A stretch of 64,000 nucleotides of DNA. It comes from Octopus bimaculoides. Its lineage: Eukaryota. Below the pieces are notes generated by a model, which saw nothing but the letters and a program-made list of their open reading frames with translations, had not been told where the DNA came from and did not search any database. The stretch lies in NCBI RefSeq assembly GCF_001194135.2, contig NC_068982.1, positions 93,361,557 through 93,425,556 on the forward strand. Direction: 5' to 3'. Positions 22,251-35,422 of this stretch are shown here, in pieces (the first letter of the stretch is position 1; the number at the start of each line of letters is the position of its first letter). A program made the position numbers and the translations under genes.

Positions 22251-24500
22251 GGATAGCTTCATCTCAACCCATTTTTGGGTAAGGCTGGCCACCCTACGCG
22301 TAACCTCATCCTACTTTCTGTCTACCTAGATGACCGAACCAACTTACAAGGGAGATGTGTGCAGACGACACATCAACCTCAAAGAATGGCCGATGTTAAT
22401 TTCATCGACCTTGAAAGGAAAAAGGCAAAGTCTACCTTTGTGGAATTTGAACTAGGAACATAAAGAGATGTAACTAAACATTGCAAAACATCTTTTCCAC
22501 CGCTCTGCTTTTCTACATTTGTGTCCCACAGGCAGTAGGCTGGTGAGGGTAGAACCAATAGCCGGATCTGTTTTTCACGCAAACGTTTTAGTACTGCATC
22601 AGTATACATAGTATAGATGTATGACTTTGACTTATTTCATTAAACTTTTGTTTATCATTTTTTTAAATACCCCTTTACATTCTTCTGTAACATCTTTAAT
22701 TTTCTCACATGCATTAGTGACAGTAGGCTCACTGGATCTTTGAACACGCTGAGTATGATGGGCCAATCAATAGCTCACTGGATTTTAAGTAGCGGAGCGT
22801 GGAAATGGGAGAAATGATAGGCGGTAGTTATTCACACGATCTTTGATAGCAGCTTCCTAAAATTTATTCCATCGGCTGATAGCTCCAGTCCAATGTGAGA
22901 TCTAGTATCAGACGTTCAGAGAATATCAGCTAGTGTAAACGTTCAAGTCTTTGGACAAGGGTGTCTCACTGTGACAAATTAATGTGTGTGTGTGTGTGTT
23001 TAAAATGACGTTGTAGCAGCTCCCTGTATGATATTAGCTGTTGGCAAGTTTTGGGGCCAGTTTCAGCATTATTAACAGCAATGATTTTAACGCAGTATTC
23101 ATCCAGTTTAAGCAATTGTCTAAACGATTACTCTGCTTTCTGAATCCGGCATGTTTGCGATTTTGTGAAGTGTTTCAGACGCCTGGGATGTGTTCTACCC
23201 ACACCATCTTACTGCCTCTGGAACACCGTATAATAATAACTTTCTATAAGTAATTTAGCAATTTCCAAAGTATATTTCCGGATTCGATGAACTGCTTTTC
23301 TTTGATAAACTAACTGCCATGCACTTTTGGTTCAAATATTATCTTCCAGTTAATCACTCGGTTTTCATCCCGTGATTGTCTTTATTTAAGTTGGTTATTG
23401 TAAAGGTCACATTCAGCTGCTGATCTCTAACTCGTTTAAACAACATGGAATAAATCAGTGTAATTAAAGATTGTTTGAACAGGCGTTGACAAGATCATCC
23501 ACGTAAACAGAGAGCAGAAGCAGGCCAAGTGTGTGTGTGTGTGTGTGTATTATATATANNNNNNNNNNNNNNNNNNNNNNNNNNNNNNNNNNNNNNNNNN
23601 NNNNNNNNNNNNNNNNNNNNNNNNNNNNNNNNNNNNNNNNNNNNNNNNNNNNNNNNNNNNNNNNNNNNNNNNNNNNNNNNNNNNNNNNNNNNNNNNNNAT
23701 GTTTGTTTTGTGTGTATTACATTAGTTATACATAAATAAGGATCAGTTATTACGTTCCCCACAAAATATGAATTCGTTGAGTCAGTTGACACAATTTGTA
23801 TAGAAGTGTTTGTAGCTCTTTCTATTATTTTTCTCTTTATTTCGTTTACATTTTCCTCCTATTAGTTTTCACTTTATACACAGCTTAATACTGTTCTGTT
23901 TATTGTTTTATTATCATTACCTTTATTTTATTTATTCATTTTAGTCGTAGTTACTAATGTAGGGTTTTTGATTTTGCTGTTTTTTTTTTCTTTTTCGGGT
24001 ACCGTTTAGTCAGAGAGGGCGTGCTCATGACTTTTCCGGAACCTCCTAGACTGGTGGAAGGGAGGAGGAAGTTAGCCTCGAACCCGAGGCCTGACCGAAA
24101 AGATTGCAACAAAGTAAAATCTGCTAAATGGCCCCAAGGACCAAGTGATAGTGGTAAACTGGTCGATGTATTAAGTCTACTATCCAAGGGGTCATAAAGC
24201 AAAACGTTGAAACAAAATCACTAAAGGATCCCATTCACAGCTCTCGCAGTTCTGCTAGTCCAGTGCCCTGGAATAGATTTTTATGGATCCCAAGTGGATG
24301 ATAAACAAGGATGACTTCAGAGGGATTTGAACTCTGAGCGCAGAAAGTTGAGACGAATGCGGCACGGCATTTTGCCTTACATTCTAACGAGTCAACTAAT
24401 TCACCGTTTCAGTTTAGTAATCGTTCATACAAACAAGAAAATTTCGTCTCGAACCCCCTTTATGTATGTATGTATGTATGTATGTATGTATGTATGTATG

Positions 24501-24535
<35 letters not shown>

Positions 24536-25373
24536 GTAAAGAATATGAGGGGTTTAGTTCACTGATGATCTAAACCAATAGATACGTTGCGTAAGTGCTA
24601 TAATTGGATATACGTTAGGTTCCAAGCTCACAGCTGAGGTTGGAGCTAGTGATCCGTACTAGGATTCCGAGTTAGGAGGTATATATTAAAGGAAAATGAA
24701 AACAAACCGGAAAACAAAAAAGAAAGCAAAGTGGCTAGAATGTTAAGCACACAATTATAAGTCGTGGGTTATATTCCTATGCTGAATGACGCATTATTCT
24801 AAATGACTTGAGATACTCGTCCTGCCTTGGTTTTGTTTTTCTTTTCCTTTAATACACACACACACACACACATACACACACACACGCACAAACGCACACA
24901 CATATACATATGACACGTGATCCGTGGTCAGCTCTTCTTTTTCTTCCTTTTTCACACCGGTTGGGTAGTTGACTGGTCCTGAATTCTCTGTCTCATTGTC
25001 TTGCTACTTGTTTTCTAATCCTTTATGATGCCTTCTAAGCGTTACCCACCATTCTTGTCTTTTTGGCCCTAAGGCTATATTTTGATTCTTTCTTGTTTGT
25101 TTCGTCCTTGTCCATCGTCTTAAATTACATTTATTCACTTTCGTGTGTCCACTCTGTATTGTTTTGTTTGCTCTCCGCCCTATATTCTCCGCAACTTTCG
25201 CGCTCATCGCCATCATGGGTAGTTCTGTCTTATCATTGAAGGTGCGAAACTGAGTAATATCACCTGGTTGATAACTGATGAAGAATTAGATACCTTCTGT
25301 GCCTGTCTCTCGTCCGGTTGTACACTCAGTATATGTTGTACGTTTTTTACCCTGTGGTTGTTTATTTGGGTCT

Positions 25374-25556
25374 AGGACATTTACCCCACCCCCATGGACA
25401 ATTACCCCTGAGGACAACAGATGATTTAAAACTTCTTAATATCTTGGAGAGGGGATAATTAACCAAGGGGGTAGTTGTCGTCGGGGGGAATTGTCCTATG
25501 GAGGGTGTAATTGTCCTATGGGGGGTGTAATTGTCCTAGGCGAGTAATTGTCCTGA
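25374..25556. mobile_element. MITE-like element with reiterated subterminal motif
   Basis: GGACA(T/A)TTACCCC twice at the left end; AATTGTCCT four times (~20-bp period, 25489-25554) at the right end in inverted orientation. Confidence 0.5.
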
Positions 25557-28500
25557 TGCAGTTTATTTACAATACATCTTTTCATTTATTAAGTAATAGA
25601 ACGCAACGCACCGCGGCTTTTATTAAAAGTAAGTTTTATATGTCTATATGTATATGTTAAGTTCCTAGATGGGGTGGAGGCTATACATATACACATATAC
25701 GTGTGTATTTATAGACACCATACACCCAATCTGCATTCATTCTATCATCGGAGACAAGAAAGCAACCATCGATTGAGCCCTTTCAACAGAAAAAGTAAAA
25801 AAAAAAAAAGAAAAGAAAAAAAAGCATCGTTCATACCAAGAAAACATCATCGCACAACGCCCTGTTAAATATGAACAGCACTGAAGGAGGGGACCCCACA
25901 CTTGATTCAAATGTTAGACTCACTGTCACTGAGAATCTGCCCTGACAAAAGCACATTGTACTTCATCCAAACGACTGGCCTTTCTTTTCAGGGCCAGAAA
26001 ATTACTACAATCCCTTCCACACAGCAATTACTGACACCTTGACAAGTTCATGTGTGGCCCATAATTGAAGTATTACTTCGACATCTGAAACTGTACTCCT
26101 GCTACTGCGCACATAGACATTCCAGACAGCATCCAGAGAGGGACCACTTGCTATCACTTGCTCAAGTTACAGGGCCACTTTTTTTTCTGTTCCTTGAAGC
26201 TGGCTGGGCTCACACCAGTCACGTTATGCTGTCTCACTTGTCTTTCTGCCTCCCAACAATCATGTTCTGTCCAAATCCACTCTTCAAGTCCCGCTCTAAT
26301 CACTGCACACAATCTTCTCACACCCCAACTCCCAGAACATTGCCCTCTAATATCTCCTCCCTGCTCAAATCTTTTCTGCAGGTGTCAACTAGCAATAGCT
26401 TTAGCGGAACATTAACGGCATCAATCTCATTAGACTCCGAGGGTTGCGCTTCCTCTTCATATATATATATATATANNNNNNNNNNNNNNNNNNNNNNNNN
26501 NNNNNNNNNNNNNNNNNNNNNNNNNNNNNNNNNNNNNNNNNNNNNNNNNNNNNNNNNNNNNNNNNNNNNNNNNNNNNNNNNNNNNNNNNNNNNNNNNNNN
26601 NNNNNNNNNNNNNNNNNNNNNNNNNNNNNNNNNNNNNNNNNNNNNNNNNNNNNNNNNNNNNNNNNNNNNNNNNNNNNNNNNNNNNNNNNNNNNNNNNNNN
26701 NNNNNNNNNNNNNNNNNNNNNNNNNNNNNNNNNNNNNNNNNNNNNNNNNNNNNNNNNNNNNNNNNNNNNNNNNNNNNNNNNNNNNNNNNNNNNNNNNNNN
26801 NNNNNNNNNNNNNNNNNNNNNNNNNNNNNNNNNNNNNNNNNNNNNNNNNNNNNNNNNNNNNNNNNNNNNNNNNNNNNNNNNNNNNNNNNNNNNNNNNNNN
26901 NNNNNNNNNNNNNNNNNNNNNNNNNNNNNNNNNNNNNNNNNNNNNNNNNNNNNNNNNNNNNNNNNNNNNNNNNNNNNNNNNNNNNNNNNNNNNNNNNNNN
27001 NNNNNNNNNNNNNNNNNNNNNNNNNNNNNNNNNNNNNNNNNNNNNNNNNNNNNNNNNNNNNNNNNNNNNNNNNNNNNNNNNNNNNNNNNNNNNNNNNNNN
27101 NNNNNNNNNNNNNNNNNNNNNNNNNNNNNNNNNNNNNNNNNNNNNNNNNNNNNNNNNNNNNNNNNNNNNNNNNNNNNNNNNNNNNNNNNNNNNNNNNNNN
27201 NNNNNNNNNNNNNNNNNNNNNNNNNNNNNNNNNNNNNNNNNNNNNNNNNNNNNNNNNNNNNNNNNNNNNNNNNNNNNNNNNNNNNNNNNNNNNNNNNNNN
27301 NNNNNNNNNNNNNNNNNNNNNNNNNNNNNNNNNNNNNNNNNNNNNNNNNNNNNNGCAGATACAGACATAATTTTGGCCCTCCCAATCAGTGAAGCATCCA
27401 GTATGGGACCCGCTGGAGAGACCTTCATTGACAATGCCGGTATTCATTTTCAGCTGATTGGACTGGAGCAGCGTAAAGTGAAATACCTCGCTCAATTAAG
27501 CAATGCGTCATTCAATCTAGGAATATAACCCACGACTTATGATCGTGAGCTTAACATTTTAACCACTTGGTCAAGTAGCAAATGTGTGTGTGTGTGTGTG
27601 TGTGTGTGCGGGGGGTGGGTGTTGTGGAAACGTGTATATCGATAAGAATGTAATGTTTGTAAGCTTATATGTACGATCCTACGTGTGTCCCATATTCAGT
27701 TCACTTAAGATATTTTACTGCTTGGTTTGGTCGGTCAGTCCGTCTGCTTCCTACTACACGCCCACCCTGTCCCGTACTACCGTTTTGTCACTCATTTCTT
27801 TCATTGCTTTTTCTGCATTTTTATTTACTCGTTTATTTTCTTTTCTTTACACATTTCGTGTCCCATTTCATATTTTTGTTGCTTTTACACTTCTTTTCAC
27901 TCAGTAGTTCATGGCAAAAAATTTCAGAATTTCAGAATTGTTCACCTACAATTATGCCTTCTGAGGGGGGAAATGTCTCTATTCTTTAGCTCCTTGTTTT
28001 GTTTCAGCCATGCTGGAGTACCGCCTGGACTATTTTATTTATTTGCATTGTCACCATGTACGCCTAGGTTTCTAATTATTTTCACTATCCGTGGCATCTC
28101 TTGTTGAAAGACCAGCGAATTGGTGGAATCTGTTCTGCTTTGGTTCAGTGGTATTTTAAAGCATGAGCTCACTAGTCGAGGTCTCGATTCTCCTGGCCCA
28201 TTGCTAATAAATGTATGTTCTGGCTTGCTGTAGATAAACAGATAGTGTAGATAAACCTAGTGCATTGCTTTGCCCAGGAAGCTGCAAAGACGGTTCTACC
28301 TTGGTTCTAGTATTCTGCAGCCAACATATGTACAATACTAGAGAGAAATATATCAAGATAACTGTTCAAAGTACAAGGAAAACTTTGGCGGTCTCTTGAA
28401 TCTTTTGGGAAGTATTTCTATAATGGTAGAACTGTGTTTCCAGTTTCAGTAAGCAGACATTGCTGCTTAAAAATATCACCTGTATTTAAAAGCCTGACAA

Positions 28501-29322
28501 AGCCATGCTGGGAGAAAATAAATTATATTTCAAATGCATGAACATGGTACTTGAAATATTTATGCCAAAAGGATGAGGTCACATTTATGCGTTTCCTGAG
28601 AGAAGTAGTGATATAAGTGGGATGAAATAGATACTATCAGGGATTAGAAACCACCTCACTGATTAAACTGTATTCTACGAATACGCGATCGCTCGACTTG
28701 CTAGAAGCAGGAACCACTTGTCACACACGTTACACATTCGCCACTAAAAAATAAAGGACGTTGAATAATGTAGTCCTTGATGCATTGTATTTGAATGAAG
28801 TGGGGAGTGGTTACGGATGGCATTTCTTCGATCATAACTTACTTGATCAGGCCTGACCTGGAGGTGGAGAGCTGAACAACAATAACAACAGCAACAATAA
28901 TCGTGCTGCATTCTAACAAACATAATTACTCACTGGCTATTCCTTGATCTGACACCAGACAACTTCTGACTTTCAAGGAAAATGTTTTGGCCTTGTCTAC
29001 GAAAATTCGGTCACTTTCAATTTCTTAGATTTCATTTTCTTGGATTTGATATTTAGAACTGCCTGGTATGTTATGGCAAGCAGTTGCAAGTCAATGTTAA
29101 CTATTGTTAGAAAAGAGAAAAATAAAAATTAAAAACCAAAAAAAAAAAAAAGTACAGTATTAAAAGTGGCATTACATGTAATGTGATTATAGTAAATCTG
29201 AAAACAGTTATATTATGATGTTAGCATATTTTATTTCATTACAACATATGAGCGTATCACAATAGAGTGGCTGATTCTCACATATCTGTAGATCTATCTG
29301 TGCGCCACTCTATTTATCTCTT

Positions 29323-29362
<40 letters not shown>

Positions 29363-32239
29363 GCCTTCTCTTTAAATATATATGTATGTATAAGCATGTA
29401 TGTACATACTTTATACATATCTGTGTATTTAATACATAGCATTCATAAATATATATAATGCACACAAATATACATAATATAAATATTTAATAATATATAA
29501 ATATATTCATACGCACCCCCATACGTATATCTAAATAAATATTTATGTCTGTGCAAGCATGTATGTATGTATACGTCAGAATGCGTGTGAAAATGCGTAT
29601 GATTCTTACTCAATTCACTTAACATTACAAAATTCCATTCCAAACATCGTATTTTTCATTTCTTCCGTTTTTCTTGAATCTACCGCCAGTTGCATTCTCT
29701 TTCTTTTTTCTTTTTCTCTTTCTCTTTCATTTTTTTTTTCAACTCGTTATCACTTTTTGCACCCATTCCTTTACTTCTAATTTAGCACTCTTCTTCTTTT
29801 TCACACGCACACACATACACGTACGCAAACACAGACTACGCGGAGAACCGCCTCTTCAAATCCTCAACACGACCCTTTTACTAATCCTGTACAAATCTAC
29901 TTACAATATATTGTGCTGATTTGTTGTAGTTATTTTTTTCCCGCCATTTCTCTTATGCCTTTAGTTTCACTTCTCTCTTTACATCGTCCTTTTCCTCTTT
30001 CGGTTCACATTCAACCAATTGCTTTCTGCAACACCACTTAATACTACTCACTGAGCATTTTGCTTCCTTTCTTGAAATTTGTCAGAGCATTATTTATTTT
30101 TGTTTCAGTCTTTTTTATTTTATTTTGTTTTCCCCCCACATTGCTGGTGTGTATATATATATATCAGCAACGTGGTATATATATATATTGTGTCGAGTCC
30201 GTCTCTTTCTCTTTCAGTCTATTTATACATATATATATGTACAGATATACGTGTGTNNNNNNNNNNNNNNNNNNNNNNNNNNNNNNNNNNNNNNNNNNNN
30301 NNNNNNNNNNNNNNNNNNNNNNNNNNNNNNNNNNNNNNNNNNNNNNNNNNNNNNNNNNNNNNNNNNNNNNNNNNNNNNNNNNNNNNNNNNNNNNNNNNNN
30401 NNNNNNNNNNNNNNNNNNNNNNNNNNNNNNNNNNNNNNNNNNNNNNNNNNNNNNNNNNNNNNNNNNNNNNNNNNNNNNNNNNNNNNNNNNNNNNNNNNNN
30501 NNNNNNNNNNNNNNNNNNNNNNNNNNNNNNNNNNNNNNNNNNNNNNNNNNNNNNNNNNNNNNNNNNNNNNNNNNNNNNNNNNNNNNNNNNNNNNNNNNNN
30601 NNNNNATATATATACACACACACACACATTCTTTTAGTCTTTTGTGTGTTTGTATGTGTGTGTGTGGACTCGACAGAATGGGTAAGGTGTTGGGAAAATG
30701 CTTTGTAATTTTTCTGTTTTTGAGTGTATTTTGTTACGTTACATTCCGAGTTCAAATCCGGCGGAAGTCAACAATGCTTTTCACTCCTGCGAGGCCGATA
30801 AAATGAAGTACCAGTTACATAATGGCGTCGATAGTATTGAATAACACGCTTCCTCTGAAATTTGTTAGCCTTCTGCCTCAATCAGAAGCAATTATTGTTA
30901 TTTTATTTTTCATTTGGCTTGTATATAATTTTACTCCATAAATTTCTTCACATTCTTTCAGAGCAGTTTTAGTTTGTATAGCCTTCTCTCCCCCACCTCT
31001 CCCTCTCTCTCTTCCTCCCTTTCTGCCTTCTCTATCTCTCGCTCAATCAATCTCTCACTCTCTCTCCCCTGTCCAGGCGGGTTTTTTTTTTTTTTTCATC
31101 CTCTGCTGGATAATACTTCAGCAAGCGGTAGCTGGTTTATCAGTGCTGAATGTAGGCTGCCAACTTGTTAGCGCTGACCAACTTCATATTAGTTAGACAA
31201 AGGCGCTCCTATGATCGGGAGAGTAGCCTAGTCACCGAGAGTTACTCGATATTTGAACTCGGAATTCAAAACACAGGAGTGATATTACAAAGTACTTCGT
31301 GTGACTAATAAATTTACCAACTTTAAGCCTGTTTTGTCACTTCATTTATCGACTCCAAAGGATGTAAATCAAAGTTGAACCGGGAGATTTGAATGCACGC
31401 GCGCGTGTGTACCGGTGTGTATAACATTATAATGTACATCCAAAGAAAGGCACCAGCTTTAGTGTCTCTCAGAAACTTCTCAAAGATTCGTGTATTAAAA
31501 AGGAACAAGGCTTCGCTTAGAATGCCGGTAGGTTACTGGATACAGTGTTTCGGCCTCATTAGGTTTCCTCGGTGACGAATACCTCAGACATTCTAAACCA
31601 AGTCGAAAATGATTATTCCGACACAGAAATCAGTAATCAAGTCATTCACAGAAGAGACCTTACCAACTAGCTGAGTTTCTCAAAATGGACGTGATAATAT
31701 TTTGGCGGGCGTGGGTTACTTTAGAATGGAGTGCGTGTAAGCAACAAATGAATATACTTCTAACCAAGTTTTAATTAAAACTTCTTTTGAATACATACAC
31801 ACATACGTAGTAGTAGAAAACACTTGCTCAAGGCGACATGCAGTGGGACTGAACCTGGAACTATGTGACTGAGAAGCAAACTTCTTACTACACAGCCACG
31901 TTTGCGCCTACGTATACGCGCGTGCGCGCACACACACACACTATGTACTTTGTCCATTCATGTAGGAGTGGGTTTTTTTGGAGAAAAATCGAAGCAATGC
32001 GTTGAGTAAAAAAGTTTTCAGAAACGCTGAGCTAGGTCACTTTTTCCCATTGCTCCCTAAATGAGGAGCAGCTGGGTCCTGGTGCTGCCCTCTCCACATC
32101 AGCCTTCATATTTAGACGTTTTGCAGGGTCGATTGCGAGAATGCTGAGAGAGTGGATATGAGACATTCAAAGCAACCGTTTTGGCGCCGCCTGTGTGACG
32201 TCAGACGTTTTAACGTTTTTCTTTCTCTCCAACTTTCTC

Positions 32240-32286
<47 letters not shown>

Positions 32287-32627
32287 NNNNNNNNNNNNNN
32301 NNNNNNNNNNNNNNNNNNNNNNNNNNNNNNNNNNNNNNNNNNNNNNNNNNNNNNNNNNNNNNNNNNNNNNNNNNNNNNNNNNNNNNNNNNNNNNNNNNNN
32401 NNNNNNNNNNNNNNNNNNNNNNNNNNNNNNNNNNNNNNNNNNNNNNNNNNNNNNNNNNNNNNNNNNNNNNNNNNNAAACAGCCGCACCCAGTCATTTCAT
32501 TCCGCGAAAAGGTGTTTGTATATGTTTGCAACTACACAGACTACCTAAAACAATTAGCGGAAGCATGCTTTATGCTATCAAGTCATTCTCGAATTCCAGT
32601 GGCGGTTGTTGATTATTAGCTTCAGTA

Positions 32628-32682
<55 letters not shown>

Positions 32683-34856
32683 TGCATGTGTGAGGGTATG
32701 AAGTAGTCAATCTGGTAACATTAGTATATTTTATACGAGTATTTCAAAGCATGTCTTGTTTAATTCATCGTTTACATTTACGCAGCCGACATGCATTGTT
32801 TTTCAGACTATATTTTTTCTTCACCAATTCATTATAATTTTGCGCAATCCAGAAAATACAAAATCTCCCATGAGACAAAATATAATAAGCATCCATATGA
32901 AATTATCATTGATTAAATTATAATTTGTTCAAAAGTAATTTTATATCGAATAATTTGCAAAGATTGCTGGAATAAATACATTACACCATACGGATATCAT
33001 TTCATTAAAGTCCCATGGTGGAACTTCTTTTTCTGTATGTGTCTCTTTTTCAGTTTCATTTTCTATCTCCTTCTCACATATATGAGTTGGGCATTGTTCG
33101 TGTTAGCCCATGCTTGCTAACAATTACCACATGTCTCCCAAATCCTATCAAGAACTGAAGATAGCTTTGGTTTCGTATATTTTCCCGTGGACACAACGCC
33201 TAGTTTCTTGTCGTTCACCTAGGTTGCCTACTTCCTGTAAGGCGAGCCAACGGGAGAGCTTGTGCGTTTATGTTTTGTTTTGTTTTTTTATCTTTTAAAC
33301 AGGCGGGAAAGGTTGTGTGCTCATGACCCTTTGCAGGGTCTCAGTGGCGTGAAGAAACAAGGAAGGCATTCTCAAAACAGAAACATAGCCCGGATGTTTG
33401 CAACAGAATGGCCTCCTCTAAAGACACCAAAAATGCCAGAAATAACCGTCAAATCTCTCTCAAATCACATCACATCGTCTTTTAAAATAGTTAATTATGA
33501 TTGACCGTTGACTGGACACTATTCAATTTTTTTTCTCCGTGTTTTTCTCCTTGTCTCCGTATTCTTTCTGTTGAAGAGCGTAGCTCGAAACGTCAAAGAC
33601 TTTCCGTATTCCCGAGCGTCATACTAATACATCCTTTTGTTATTTACACCACCTGTCCTCGTCTGTTGTTGTTTTTTCGTATGTTCTCCCCCCTATATGT
33701 AGCCTACTCTCCAGAGTAGAGGGAAAAGGCAGGATGGTGCTTTTGGTCATAACTATGATTGATAAGGGTCGACCGGGAACGAAATAATAACAATTTCCTA
33801 ATACCAAATTGTGTAGAAATCTGCTTGTTACAAATTCAACTGATAGATCGAGGCGGTGGGGATCCAAAATCTTACGATTTTCTTTTTTTTTTTTTAAGAG
33901 AAAAAAAAGGGGCTGGGTCACTAAAGAATCGCCACACCATAATAGCCAACAGAGAAATTCGATCTTCCCTGCAAAAAGAATCGTCACCCCAGTCCCCAAT
34001 AAATATAATTTGTACAATTAGAGTATCGTAAATCTATTCCTTTGTGTTATGCGTTAGTATTGTAAAAGTTTAAAGAAAAAATATAAACCATGTCCTAAAA
34101 TTAACTGAAATGGTAGTAAGTAATTTTGCAAAATATTATCTATATGTTTTATTTTAGCAATGACGGTGTTATTGCTGTTTAGCCCAGGTCAGACCTGATC
34201 GTGCAACCCTAGCAGCAAAAGCGTTCCAGCCGTGAAAACCTCGCGTTTTTCTATATCAGGGATCACATTCTAATACATATTTCTCATGTAAGAAAACACT
34301 GTAAGATTTGAGGAAGATTTGTCTGCGGTTCCATGCAGGGTGAGTGACCACAAAGAGGATATATTGACTGGTAATAAAGGTAGATGTATTGTAGTAGAGT
34401 TGTTTGAGGTGTTAGTGGTGGTAATATTGATGGTGGTACTTGCTCTGATGTTAGTGGTGTTAAAGGTTATGATGGTGGTGATAATAATGGTAGTGGTGTT
34501 GGTGGTGGCTGTGGTAGTGTCGGTGGAGGATGTACTATAGTGGTAGTGATAATCGTATTGGTTTTGGTGGTGGCAACCTATCGGTAAAATGTGTGTGCTC
34601 TAGTCATACACTAACTCCTGGTGAAAAATTATCAACGCAGGTGTAGTTTCCTAAAGATTAATCACTCCAGGTTATCCCAGTGGAAGAATCGTCACCTTAC
34701 CAATGCCCAGGACTGGGATCTACTAATTATTTATATTTCAATGTTTTTATTTGTTATGTTTCAGAAAACAAAAATATTTTTGAGCCCTACTGTAAAACCC
34801 AGGCTTTGAGAATTTGTTTTCATCATCGAATTCTTTAGTTGTTTAAATACTGATTT

Positions 34857-35070
34857 CCAATTTTGGCACAAGGCCAGCAATTTCGATGGAAACAAAAGTC
34901 GATTACATCGACCCCAGTCCAGTGTTCGACTGGTACTTAATATATCGACCCCGAAAGGATGAAAAGTAAAGTCGACCTCGGCGGAATTTGAACTCAGAAC
35001 GTGGAGACGAACGAAATGCCGTTAAACATTTCGCCCGGTGCGCTTACGATTCTACCAAGTTCGCCGCCTT
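34857..35070 (-). mobile_element. SINE family A, well-preserved full-length copy
   Basis: Reverse complement covers head, body and 3' end with CpGs retained. Confidence 0.85.
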
Positions 35071-35422
35071 TAGTTTAAATATTGAAGTAGGAAGACACTG
35101 TCCTCTTGCTCGTATATCTCAGACAGAAACATACTCCAATACGAGTCGTTGAAGGAACCTCTTCAGCATTGAAGAACGTGATAACTGTCCAGTTATGTTT
35201 ACCTAACTTTTTTGGTTAAATCTTATTTTAGAATGCAAAAGACAAAAAGGAAGTGTTAATAAAATGCGAAAGAAATTAAAGCAAAGAACCGAAGGTGATA
35301 GCAGTGAGCTAGGAAAGAAGTGAAAACAAAAGGAGAAAAAGGAAAGTCAGAAACTAACTGAATCTTTGTTTTTAGCATGAAAAAATGCATATGTTTCAAT
35401 TAAAATAATATTTTTTATATAT

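Noticed and set aside
24561-24600. CTGATGA followed by a TCTA/TAGA hairpin
   Set aside because: No GAAA and no stem I pairing.
25870-26460. GC-richer, coding-like segment with an RT-like LSLRICPDKS peptide
   Set aside because: Multiple stops and no diagnostic motif; probably an old TE relic that I cannot classify.
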